Shown one piece after another: positions 41,618 to 50,473 of a stretch of DNA of 64,000 nucleotides (position 1 is its first letter; each line of letters starts with the position of its first letter). Both the position numbers and the translations under genes were made by a program. The notes beneath the pieces were generated by a model. It ran no database searches. It had not been told where the DNA came from and saw only the letters and a list, made by a program, of their open reading frames with translations. The stretch lies in NCBI GenBank assembly GCA_965223505.1, contig CBDCWP010000044.1:192001-256000 (forward strand), written 5' to 3'. This DNA is from Planctomycetota bacterium. GTDB taxonomy: Bacteria; Planctomycetota; PLA2; JAEUHO01.

Positions 41618-41796
41618 CACTCGGCCTGGGCCCGCACGTCGGCGCGTCCCTCCGCGTCGACCTCGACGTGGAGGACGTTGGCGCGGCAGCAGACCGGACA
41701 GTCTTCGACATAGCGCTGCCGCTCGCCTTGCGAAACGTCGATCGGGACGACGATCTCCTCGCCGCAGGCGTCGCACACGTAGGCGCCTTCGTTCAT
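41617..41796 (-). CDS. CPXCG-type cysteine-rich small protein
   Basis: MNEGAYVCDACGEEI..YVEDCPVCCRAN; TGATG overlaps on both sides. Confidence 0.85.
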   Translation of the reverse strand: MNEGAYVCDACGEEIVVPIDVSQGERQRYVEDCPVCCRANVLHVEVDAEGRADVRAQAE

Positions 41797-42104
41797 CAGT
41801 CCACGTAGGAGACGAGGTCGTCGGCGGTGTGGCGCCGCCCGTCGGGACCGTACGAGCGCACGCTCAGGCGCTCGCCTTCCGTATCGAGGACGTACGCGTT
41901 GCCCCAGGGGTCGAGGTCTTCGACGCCGATGTCCTTCAGGGAGGCCGGCTTCGACTCGTGCCGCCGCACCTGCTCGGAGAGGGCGGAGAGGTCCATGAGC
42001 GCCGCGCGACGCGCGGCCTTGATCTTTCAGCCTCACGGCGGCTTGATGAACGCGACGTAGCCACCGACGAGGGCCAGCAGGACGAGGGGGACGGCGAACT
42101 TCAC
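41796..42104 (-). CDS. Putative selenoprotein: GspG-like pseudopilin with U-G-U (TGA 42033-42035 and 42027-42029)
   Basis: GTG start; KFAVPLVLLALVGGYVAFIKPP-TGA-G-TGA-KIKAARRAALMDL..DPWGNAY..SYGPDG..ADDL; hairpin downstream. Confidence 0.72.
42001..42017 (-). promoter_or_regulatory. SECIS-like hairpin
   Basis: Perfect 7-bp stem GCCGCGC/GCGCGGC, loop GTC; +23 from first TGA, +17 from second. Confidence 0.6.
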
Positions 42105-42119
42105 GACGGACAGTATCCG

Positions 42120-42746
42120 TCAGAAATCGGGGCGCGCCAGCGGCCGCCCGGTCGTGTCGTAGGCGGCCGACGGAACGGCGATCTTCCGGGCGTCGGTGAG
42201 GGCCCAGACCATGAGCTTCGTCGGCGGCGCGTCCGCGGCCGCGCTCGGTCGCTCGGTCATCGATTCGTGCACGAACCCGAGCTTCTTCGGGACGTTCCAG
42301 CTCGATTCGTTGGCGGGCGCGCACACCATTTCGACGCGCGCCACGCCGTGCAACGCGAACGCGGCCCACACCATCGCCGCGGCGGCCTCCGTCGCGTAGC
42401 CGCGGCCGGTTTGGCGCACGTCGATCCAGTAGCCGATCTCGAGCGCGTCTTCGCCGGCCCGGCCGAGCAGCATGGTCTCTCCGAGCAGCGTCGTTTCGTC
42501 CCGCGAGAAGATGCCGTAGCAGAAGTCCTCGCCGTCGTAGAAGCGGCCGCGCCGCCACTGGATCCAGCCCACGGTGCCTTCGAGCGATTGCGGCTCGTGC
42601 TTCATGAACGGGACCCACGGCCGCAGATGCGCGTCGGACGTGTCGAGCGACTCCCGCACCCTGGGCGCGTCGCCCTCTCGCCACTGGCGAAGGACCAGAC
42701 GCTCGGTCTCGATGCGGTGAGCGGGCGGATGATTGGCGGGATTCAC
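42120..42746 (-). CDS. GNAT acetyltransferase, RimJ/RimL-like; start uncertain
   Basis: IETERLVLR, EIGYWI..GRGYATEA, NESSWNVPKKLGF. Confidence 0.88.
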   Translation of the reverse strand: MNPANHPPAHRIETERLVLRQWREGDAPRVRESLDTSDAHLRPWVPFMKHEPQSLEGTVGWIQWRRGRFYDGEDFCYGIFSRDETTLLGETMLLGRAGEDALEIGYWIDVRQTGRGYATEAAAAMVWAAFALHGVARVEMVCAPANESSWNVPKKLGFVHESMTERPSAAADAPPTKLMVWALTDARKIAVPSAAYDTTGRPLARPDF

Positions 42747-42793
42747 GTCGGCATCTTCATCGAGGTCGAACGAAGCGTCGTATCTTCCCACCG

Positions 42794-44059
42794 ATGCGTG
42801 TGCTGATCCAAACCCTGGGCAGCGCGGGGGACGTTCACCCGTTCATCCCCATCGGTGCGACGTTGCGCGACATGGGACACGACGTCGTCGTGTGGGGCAA
42901 CGAGGCGTTCGAGTCGGTGATCACCGGCGCCGGCCTCGCGTTCGTCGAAGCCGGCACGAAAGCCGAGCTCGAAGCGACGATGGCCGATCCCGACTTGTGG
43001 CATCCGCGCAAGGGCCTCGACGTCGTCTTCGAGCAGGGCCTCGTCCCCAGCCTCGAGCCGACGCTGGATTCGATGCTGGAGCGGGTCGAGCACGGCAACA
43101 CGCTCGTCGTCGGCAGCACGCTCGGGCTCGCGTCGCGCATGCTGCGCGACATCGCGAAGGTGCCCATGGTCACGCTCCATCTCGCGCCGTGCGCGTTCCG
43201 ATCGACGCATCGCGCGCCGCGTCTGCCGGGCATGTGGGCGCCGGACTGGACGCCGCGCTGGTTGAAGCGCGCGTGGTGGTGGTTGAGCGACAAGGTCATC
43301 GACCCGATGCTCTGCCCGGCCCTCAACGAGCTGGGCGAGCAATACGGCCTGCCGCCGATCCGCAGCGCGATGGGGGTGTGGAACCACTCGCCGGACAAGA
43401 TCGTCGCGCTGTTCCCCGATTGGTTCGGCCCGCCGCAGCCGGACTGGCCGCCGCAGGTCGTCACGACGGGATTCCCGCTGTTCGATCAAGCCGCGGGTCG
43501 CGAGGTGGACGAGGCGCTGCACGCGTGGATCGACGACGGGGAAGCGCCGATCGTCGTCACCGCCGGATCGGCGAACGTGCACGGCGAGGCCTTCTACGAG
43601 GCGTCGATCGACGCGTGTCGCCGACTCGGCAGGCGCGCGCTGGTCATCACCAGCAATCGCGCGCTGCTGCCCGCGTCCCTGGGCGACGACGTGCGTCACG
43701 CGGCCTACGCGCCGTTCAGCCGCGTGCTCCCGAAGGCGGCGGCGCTGGTTTCGCACGCCGGTGTCGGCACCTGCGCGCAGGCCCTTGCCGCGGGTGTGCC
43801 GCACCTCGCCCGTCCGATGGCGTTCGACCAACCCGACAACGCCTCGCGACTCGAAGACCTGGGCGTCGGCGCTTCGCTGCCCGCGGCGCGCTACAACGAG
43901 CGTCGCGCCGCGAAGATGCTCGCGCGCCTGCTCGAAAGCGAGACGGTGCAGGACGCGTGCCGGCGCGTGGCCGCCCGCATGCCGTCGAACGACGAGGTTC
44001 TCCGAGAGATCTGCGAACAGATCGTGAGCGCCGCCGACGCGGCGCCTACTGCTTCTTGA
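42794..44059 (+). CDS. GT1 glycosyltransferase (RhlB/sterol GT-like)
   Basis: GSAGDVHP; HAGVGT; PMAFDQPDNA. Confidence 0.92.
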   Translation: MRVLIQTLGSAGDVHPFIPIGATLRDMGHDVVVWGNEAFESVITGAGLAFVEAGTKAELEATMADPDLWHPRKGLDVVFEQGLVPSLEPTLDSMLERVEHGNTLVVGSTLGLASRMLRDIAKVPMVTLHLAPCAFRSTHRAPRLPGMWAPDWTPRWLKRAWWWLSDKVIDPMLCPALNELGEQYGLPPIRSAMGVWNHSPDKIVALFPDWFGPPQPDWPPQVVTTGFPLFDQAAGREVDEALHAWIDDGEAPIVVTAGSANVHGEAFYEASIDACRRLGRRALVITSNRALLPASLGDDVRHAAYAPFSRVLPKAAALVSHAGVGTCAQALAAGVPHLARPMAFDQPDNASRLEDLGVGASLPAARYNERRAAKMLARLLESETVQDACRRVAARMPSNDEVLREICEQIVSAADAAPTAS

Positions 44060-44606
44060 TCCGCAACGAGTAGTCGACGGCGGTCACGACGCCTTCCTCG
44101 TCGGTCGTCACGATGTAGCCGCTGACGTCGTCGAAGAACGTCCCGCGAACGAAGATCCACTTGCTGCCCTCGTTCCGGATCGCCTTCGGCGACTCCTTGT
44201 CGCCGAACGTGTGGATCGGATAGATCGCGTCGAGCGCGGCCTCGAAGACCTTCGCGTCCGCCTCGGACGTCAGCCGGAATTCCGGGCGCAGCATCTTCAG
44301 CAGCCACGGTGTCGACTGGTTCGTCGTCGGCTTGTCCACGTCTACGAACTGGCCCCCGACCCGCGCCAGCTGCAGGCCGACGGTCTGCGAAGAGCTTCCC
44401 TGGGAGACCTTGACGTCCACCTCGTAGAACGTGGCGGCGAACGCCTTGCCGAGCGCCTCGGACTCGACTTTCTTCGCCTCGGTGGTGATGCGGCGCATGA
44501 CCTCGGCCTCGAGCGCCTTCGACTCTTCGTCGGTCAGCGGATCGGCGAACACGGTCGTGGCGATCAGGATCGCCACCGACGCACCCACGAGAGCCGGCTT
44601 GAACAT
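44046..44606 (-). CDS. Exported hypothetical protein
   Basis: GGAG RBS; signal peptide MFKPALVGASVAILIATTVFA. Confidence 0.7.
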   Translation of the reverse strand: MFKPALVGASVAILIATTVFADPLTDEESKALEAEVMRRITTEAKKVESEALGKAFAATFYEVDVKVSQGSSSQTVGLQLARVGGQFVDVDKPTTNQSTPWLLKMLRPEFRLTSEADAKVFEAALDAIYPIHTFGDKESPKAIRNEGSKWIFVRGTFFDDVSGYIVTTDEEGVVTAVDYSLRIKKQ

Positions 44607-44708
44607 GGCATGTCTCCATTGCTTTGGACCTGAGGCGCGACAGCCTACCGCGAGGCCCGGGTGCTGCGCGGTTGACGCACGGGCGCGCTTCGCGTTCCCT
44701 ACCAAGCC

Positions 44709-45584
44709 ATGGACGTCCACCTGATCGACGGTACGTACGAGCTGTTCCGGCACTTCTACGCGCTGCCTTCGCGGCGCAACGCGGACGGCGACGAGGTTGC
44801 GGCGGCTCGCGGCGTGGTCGAGTCCGTGCTACGACTCCTCGAAGACGGCGCGACCCACGTCGCCGTCGCGACGGACCACGTCATCGAGTCGTTTCGCAAC
44901 GAGCTCTGGCCCGAGTACAAGACCGGTGAGGGCATCGACCCCGAGCTGTTCGCACAATTCCCGCTGCTCGAGGACGGGCTCGAGGCGCTCGGGGTCGTCG
45001 TCTGGCCGATGGTCGAGTACGAGGCCGACGACGCCATGGCCGCCGGCGCGGCGATGGCCGCACAGGACGCGCGTGTCACGCGAGTGCTCATCTGCACGCC
45101 GGACAAGGACCTCGCGCAGTGCGTCGACGACGAGCGTGTCGTCCAGCTGGACCGGCGCAAGGGCGTCGTGATCGACCGCCAGGGCGTCATCGAGAAATTC
45201 GGGGTGCCGCCGGAGTCCATTCCCGACTACCTGGCGCTGGTCGGCGACAGCGCCGACGGGTTTCCGGGTCTGCCCGGATGGGGTGCGAAGTCGAGCGCCG
45301 CCGTGCTGTCGCGCTACGGGCACATCGACGCGATTCCGGACGAGGCGGATGTGTGGGATGTAAAGGTGCGCGGCGCCGCGCGTCTGGCGGCCACGCTGGC
45401 AGAGAACCGCGAGCGGGCGCTGTTGTTCCGGCAGATCGCCACGGTCGTTCGCGATGCGCCGGTGTCGGAGACGGTCGACGACCTGCGGTGGAAGGGGCCC
45501 GGCGAGGACTGGGCTGCAACATGCGAGGCGCTCGACGCGCCAGGCTGGGAGGGGCGGATGTCCCGCCTGCTGAGCCGGGCCTGA
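44709..45584 (+). CDS. 5'-3' exonuclease / flap endonuclease
   Basis: LIDGTYELFR, YEADD, TPDKD, ALVGDSADGFPGLPGWGAKS. Confidence 0.92.
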   Translation: MDVHLIDGTYELFRHFYALPSRRNADGDEVAAARGVVESVLRLLEDGATHVAVATDHVIESFRNELWPEYKTGEGIDPELFAQFPLLEDGLEALGVVVWPMVEYEADDAMAAGAAMAAQDARVTRVLICTPDKDLAQCVDDERVVQLDRRKGVVIDRQGVIEKFGVPPESIPDYLALVGDSADGFPGLPGWGAKSSAAVLSRYGHIDAIPDEADVWDVKVRGAARLAATLAENRERALLFRQIATVVRDAPVSETVDDLRWKGPGEDWAATCEALDAPGWEGRMSRLLSRA

Positions 45585-45603
45585 GCGGCGAAGGAGACTT
45601 CAC

Positions 45604-45705
45604 ATGCAGATCGCCGCTCGCTCGTTCCTGGTTCTCTCCCTGATGGCCTGTCTCGCTTGCGCAGACGAAGAGGCGCCTCGTCCCGGCGGCGACCTCGTCG
45701 AGTAG
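45604..45705 (+). CDS. 33-aa lipoprotein-like ORF or truncated remnant
   Basis: AAGGAG RBS; MQIAARSFLVLSLMACLACADEEAPRPGGDLVE then TAG. Confidence 0.4.
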   Translation: MQIAARSFLVLSLMACLACADEEAPRPGGDLVE

Positions 45706-45714
45706 TCGCGCTTC

Positions 45715-46596
45715 CTACTTGTCGTCGCCACCCTCGCCGGACGATTCATCGCCGCCGTCGCCGGCGCCCTCGCCGTCGTCGTCCGCGGCGTCGGCCTTCT
45801 GGAGCTCCTCGAGGGACTTGATGGAGGCCGTCTTCGCGTCCGCGACGACCTTGCGGACGTCGTCGAGCGGCAGCAGGAACGGGCGACTGCTGGATCCCTC
45901 GCCGACGCCCCGCTGGATCGCGCTCGCACCGGCAACGGCGCCGTCGGCCGTGTAGAGCGGCATGCCGACGAATTGACCGCGCCCGCTGATCACCCACATC
46001 GTGTGCGGCTTGGTGACCTTGCCGAGGACGCGAACGCTGTCGCAGAACGGGGCGTGATCGAATCCCTGATCGAGGCGCGTGACACCGTAGAGCGTCTGGC
46101 CGATGCGGGGCGGGGCGGTCTTGCTCATGTCGACGGTCGCGAGCTTCTTCCCTTCGTCGAGGCCGTCGATGAGCACGAACGCCAGCCCGAACTTGCTGTC
46201 CTTGGCACCCATGATCGCGGGGTGCTCTTTCTCGCTCCCCGGAAACACGACGCGGATGTTCGTCGGCGTCGCGGTCACGTTGAAATTGCGGCCACCTCGC
46301 CCGCCGCGTCCGCGACCGCGGCCGGGCGGGCGGGCGCGCGCCTCGAACGCGCTCGCGCGCACCATCACGAGTCCGCACGCGTCGACCACGACACCGCGCG
46401 TACTCGCATTGCGCTCCTGTTCGCGTTGTGTGCCGCCCATCTCGAACGTGATCTGCAGCACGAACTTGATCGACACAAGCGTCGGCGCCTTCGCCGCGAT
46501 GAGCTGCTTGTGGGGGCCGTCGCCGGGCTCCGCCAGGGCGGACGGGGCGAGGCACGTGAGAGCGAGGAAAGTGACAGTCGAGAGGAAGATCTTCAT
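45715..46596 (-). CDS. Exported trypsin-fold-like protein with degenerate catalytic motifs
   Basis: Signal peptide; GVVVDACGLVM, KDSKFGLAFV, GMPLYTADGAVAG. Confidence 0.6.
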   Translation of the reverse strand: MKIFLSTVTFLALTCLAPSALAEPGDGPHKQLIAAKAPTLVSIKFVLQITFEMGGTQREQERNASTRGVVVDACGLVMVRASAFEARARPPGRGRGRGGRGGRNFNVTATPTNIRVVFPGSEKEHPAIMGAKDSKFGLAFVLIDGLDEGKKLATVDMSKTAPPRIGQTLYGVTRLDQGFDHAPFCDSVRVLGKVTKPHTMWVISGRGQFVGMPLYTADGAVAGASAIQRGVGEGSSSRPFLLPLDDVRKVVADAKTASIKSLEELQKADAADDDGEGAGDGGDESSGEGGDDK

Positions 46597-46692
46597 GGGC
46601 GCTCCGCCGACATCGTGGCAGGTTGGGCGTAACGGCTCAAGCCCCTTCGGGAGTACGGTATTCGGCGCCCTCGAGCCGGATGGAGTGTGACG

Positions 46693-48006
46693 ATGAAGAT
46701 CTGCGTCGTGGGAACGGGCTACGTCGGATTGGTGACCGGCGCGGGCTTCGCGGAGATGGGCAACGACGTCGTCTGCGCGGACCTCGACGAAGGCAAGATC
46801 GCCGCGCTCGAACGCGGCGAGACGCCGATCTCGGAGCCGGGGCTCGACTCGATGATCGCGCGAAACGTCGCGGGCGGGCGCCTGACGTTCACGACCGACG
46901 TCGAGTCGGCGGTCGCGGACGCGGAGGCGATCTTCGTTGCGGTCGGCACGCCCCAGCGCTCGGACGGCGGCGCCAACCTGTCTGCCGTCGATGCGGTGGC
47001 GGAGACCGTTGCGAACGCGTCCAAGCGCGAGTGCGTGCTGGTGCTGAAGAGCACCGTGCCGGTCGGAACCAACGAGCGCGTGAGCCGCATCGTGAAGAAG
47101 GTGACCGACCATCCCATTCACGTCGTCAGCAATCCGGAGTTCCTCAAGGAGGGCGACGCCGTCGGGGACTTCCTGCGTCCCGACCGCATCGTGATCGGCT
47201 GTCAGGCCGACGACGAGTTCGCGCGCGATCTGATGAGCCGGCTCTATCACCCGGTCTCGCTTCGCCGCGACAAGACGGTCTGGATGTCGCCCCAGAGCGC
47301 GGAGATCACGAAGTACGTCGCGAACACGATGTTGGCGATGCGGATCTCGTTCATGAACGAGATCGCGGCGCTGTGCGAGCGGGTCGATGCGGACGTCAAC
47401 GACGTTCGCATGGGCGTCGGATCCGACCACCGCATCGGTCCGGAGTTCCTCTACGCGGGCCCGGGCTACGGCGGCTCGTGTTTCCCCAAGGACGTCATCG
47501 CTCTCGTTCACGTGGGCCGGGAGTACGGCATGCCGCTCGAGCTGGCGCAAGCGACCGAGAACGTGAATCAACGCCAGAAGGGCGTGATGTTGCGCAAGCT
47601 CAAGGACCATTTCGAGGGCGACCTGCGCGGCAAGAAGGTCGCGCTGTGGGGCATCGCGTTCAAGCCGCGCACCGACGACATCCGCGAGTCGCCGGCCCTG
47701 ACGCTCATCGACGGGCTGTTCGCCGAAGGCGCGACGGTGTCCGCGCACGATCCCGAGGCGGGGGACGAGGCGCGCCGTCGCTTCGGCGACGCGCTCGAGG
47801 TCGTCGACGGTCCCTACGAGGCCGTGAGAGACGCGGACGCGCTCGTTCTCGTGACGGAGTGGCGCGTCTACCAGAATCCGGACTTCGGGCGCATCAAAGA
47901 CGCGATGCGAACACCGTTCCTGCTGGACGCACGCAACATCTGGGCGACGTACGGGCTTCGCAAGCAGGGCTTCGACTACACCGGGATCGGCGTGCGCGGC
48001 AGCTGA
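46693..48006 (+). CDS. ugd: UDP-glucose 6-dehydrogenase
   Basis: GTGYVG, KSTVPVG, SNPEFLKEG, GYGGSCFPKD, FKPRTDDIRES. Confidence 0.95.
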   Translation: MKICVVGTGYVGLVTGAGFAEMGNDVVCADLDEGKIAALERGETPISEPGLDSMIARNVAGGRLTFTTDVESAVADAEAIFVAVGTPQRSDGGANLSAVDAVAETVANASKRECVLVLKSTVPVGTNERVSRIVKKVTDHPIHVVSNPEFLKEGDAVGDFLRPDRIVIGCQADDEFARDLMSRLYHPVSLRRDKTVWMSPQSAEITKYVANTMLAMRISFMNEIAALCERVDADVNDVRMGVGSDHRIGPEFLYAGPGYGGSCFPKDVIALVHVGREYGMPLELAQATENVNQRQKGVMLRKLKDHFEGDLRGKKVALWGIAFKPRTDDIRESPALTLIDGLFAEGATVSAHDPEAGDEARRRFGDALEVVDGPYEAVRDADALVLVTEWRVYQNPDFGRIKDAMRTPFLLDARNIWATYGLRKQGFDYTGIGVRGS

Positions 48007-48026
48007 CAATCGACTAGTCTCTGCCC

Positions 48027-48299
48027 ATGCCCTGTCTCGTCGTCCTGATCGCCCTCGCCGCGCCGCGCCTGGCGATCGTGCTCGTCGTCATCTTCAGCGA
48101 TTACATCGGGCAGGCGTATCAGTCAGTCTGGGTGCCGCTGCTGGGGTTCTTCTTCCTGCCGCTCTCGACGCTGACGTACGCGTGGGCCATGCACTCACGC
48201 GGGGGCCTCGAGGGCCTGCCGCTCGTCGTGTTCATCATCGCGGTGTTGGTCGATCTGGGGGTCCTCGGCGAAGGAAGCAAAAAGAAGCACCGCCGGTAG
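48027..48299 (+). CDS. Small membrane protein
   Basis: Three hydrophobic segments; PLLGFFFLP. Confidence 0.75.
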   Translation: MPCLVVLIALAAPRLAIVLVVIFSDYIGQAYQSVWVPLLGFFFLPLSTLTYAWAMHSRGGLEGLPLVVFIIAVLVDLGVLGEGSKKKHRR

Positions 48300-48393
48300 C
48301 ACGAATCCTCGAGCTCGTGTGCCGTGAATTAGCGGAAGACGATGATGCTCCGCCCTTCGACGGGCGTTTCAATGGACGTACGGAGGGCCTTGC

Positions 48394-49431
48394 GTGAGAC
48401 GGTGCGTGGGAATCGGCGTCTTCGCGGTGCTGGGGACGGTCGCGTTCCTAGCCGCCGGGCCGCCTGTGTCCGGCGATCCGGCCTGGCCGTACCCGACCGG
48501 AATCTCGGAGCAGAAGCACGAAGGTCGCGAGTTCGAGATCTACATCCCGGACGACGTCCATGATCCGAAGGCGGGCTACTCGCTCATCGTCACGATCACC
48601 GCCGAGGCCGACGATTTGGAGCACCTGGGCGTCCATCGCTACATCGTCGTCGCGCCGAAACCGAAGAGCGGTGTGAGGACCGTTTGGAGCGCGGCGGAGG
48701 TCAAGGAGCTTCACGCCCTCACCAAGTATCTGACGAAGCAGCTCGAGATCGAAGAGCACCGCGTTCATGCCGTGGGCATGAACGAGATTCAAGGCGTCTT
48801 CGGCTTGATGGTCTTCGGCAAGGGCAGCCCGTTCGTGAGCGCCACGTTCGTGGACACCGCGTTTCGCGGCGGATCCGTTTCGAGCCATCTCAAGAAGAGG
48901 CTCAACGTGCTCGCCTTCGACTTCGACGGCACGCACGCCGGCGGCATCAAGACGATCGAGGAATCGCTGCGCGGCAAGGTGAAGACGGTCGAGCTGTCTT
49001 CCGCGACGGCCGGTATCCACGGCGAGTACTTCCGATATTGGCTCGGGGTGATGGACGGGCGGTTCGAGCCCGGCCACGACCTTTCCCTCGACTGGGAGAC
49101 CGACGCCGACGCGGCGCAGGACATCCCGGGGCAGGTCAAAGCGTCGAAGAAGTGCGCGCTCGTCTACTTCTGGTCGCCGTCCGACAAGGACGACGCGGAC
49201 GCGAAGGCCTTGCAAAACGAAACCTTCTTCGATCCCGTGATTCGCGCGTACGGGAAGCGCGTGATGCCGTACATGCTGCAGCGCGAGGAGCACCCGAAGC
49301 TCTTCGAGGCGCTCGGGCTGGAGCGGACTCCGGCCGTGGCGGTCGTCGACAAGGAAGGCAGGACCAAGCTCTTCGAAGGCGCGATCAGGATGAAGGCGCT
49401 GGCCAAGGCGTTGAAACGCGCGACGAAGTAG
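48394..49431 (+). CDS. Exported protein: degenerate hydrolase-like N domain plus thioredoxin-like C domain lacking CxxC
   Basis: Signal peptide; EIYIPDD..YSLIV; ALVYFW..GLERTPAVAVVDKEG. Confidence 0.55.
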   Translation: MRRCVGIGVFAVLGTVAFLAAGPPVSGDPAWPYPTGISEQKHEGREFEIYIPDDVHDPKAGYSLIVTITAEADDLEHLGVHRYIVVAPKPKSGVRTVWSAAEVKELHALTKYLTKQLEIEEHRVHAVGMNEIQGVFGLMVFGKGSPFVSATFVDTAFRGGSVSSHLKKRLNVLAFDFDGTHAGGIKTIEESLRGKVKTVELSSATAGIHGEYFRYWLGVMDGRFEPGHDLSLDWETDADAAQDIPGQVKASKKCALVYFWSPSDKDDADAKALQNETFFDPVIRAYGKRVMPYMLQREEHPKLFEALGLERTPAVAVVDKEGRTKLFEGAIRMKALAKALKRATK

Positions 49432-49493
49432 GCGGTATGAGGGGGCGGGCGTTAGGCGTCGGTAGGATGGACGCGGTCGCCCGGAGGCCTGTC

Positions 49494-50360
49494 ATGCAGA
49501 AGATCACGCTGGTGCTCGCCGTCGTCGGCATCGGGTTCGGCGTCGTCGCGCTCATCGAGAACCGCGACCTGCGATCGGAGCTGGAGTCCCGCGAGCTGAT
49601 CGGATTCGTCGGAGACCCCGCTCAACCGCGCGAAAGCACGGAGCGAGACGTGTTGCGCCGTCTCGAGGCCGTCGAGGAAGACGTCGCGCGGGTCGATCGG
49701 GTCGTGACCGCGAAGGAGAAGGAGCCGGATGTTCCCGGTTTGGAGGGGCGGCCGAGTCTGCCGTCGATGCCGTCCCCCGATCCCGAAGGCGAAAGCGAAG
49801 CGGAGGCGGCGGCGCGGATCGCGGCGTTGGTCGACGTGGCCGTGGAGAAGCGCACCGCGCTCTACGAGGCCATGAAGAACAAGAAGCCGTCGCTGGACGC
49901 GTTCGCCAAGGCACTCGAGCTGACGGCCGAGCAACGCGCAGCAACCGAGGCCGAGGTCCTTCGCGGTCAGCGGGAGATCAAAGCGCTCTTGGAGACCGTC
50001 AGCGACGAGGGCACGAACTTCAAGGAGGAGCTGGTCGAGGTGCTGGCGACCGGCATGGCGAAGCCCGGCCAGGGGGGCGCCCGGTGGGGGAAGCTCTTCT
50101 CGAAGCTGGTCACCGAAATGGTGCCGGGCACCGATCAGACGTATGCCGAGGCGGCCAATGCGGTCAAGCAGTCCGTGCGCGAAGGATTCCGCCGGCACAT
50201 GGACGAGCGGCAGTACGCGCGCTTCGAAGCCTGGCAGATGGATCCCACCGAGGTGCAGGGCATCCCCGGAAGTCCGTGGGAGGAGCTGCAGCCGCTGATC
50301 GTCGAGCGCGCGCGTGAGCTGGGCGCGGACATTCCGGACGACGTCGGCCTCGCGAAGTAG
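49494..50360 (+). CDS. Membrane-anchored coiled-coil hypothetical protein
   Basis: GGAGG RBS; N-terminal TM; helical. Confidence 0.65.
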   Translation: MQKITLVLAVVGIGFGVVALIENRDLRSELESRELIGFVGDPAQPRESTERDVLRRLEAVEEDVARVDRVVTAKEKEPDVPGLEGRPSLPSMPSPDPEGESEAEAAARIAALVDVAVEKRTALYEAMKNKKPSLDAFAKALELTAEQRAATEAEVLRGQREIKALLETVSDEGTNFKEELVEVLATGMAKPGQGGARWGKLFSKLVTEMVPGTDQTYAEAANAVKQSVREGFRRHMDERQYARFEAWQMDPTEVQGIPGSPWEELQPLIVERARELGADIPDDVGLAK

Positions 50361-50473
50361 GCCGCAAGACGAATCGCGAATCCTAATCCGCTCCAAAGCG
50401 CGCGCTCAGCCCGGCGCAAGATCGCACGCCTACGGTCCCACGCATTGGACACGAGATCCCGAAAGGAGCTCCA

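Noticed and set aside
42102..42122. GNAT stop TGA in frame with the UGU pilin gene
   Set aside because: The GNAT domain is complete and the spacer holds a TACTGT box for a separate start
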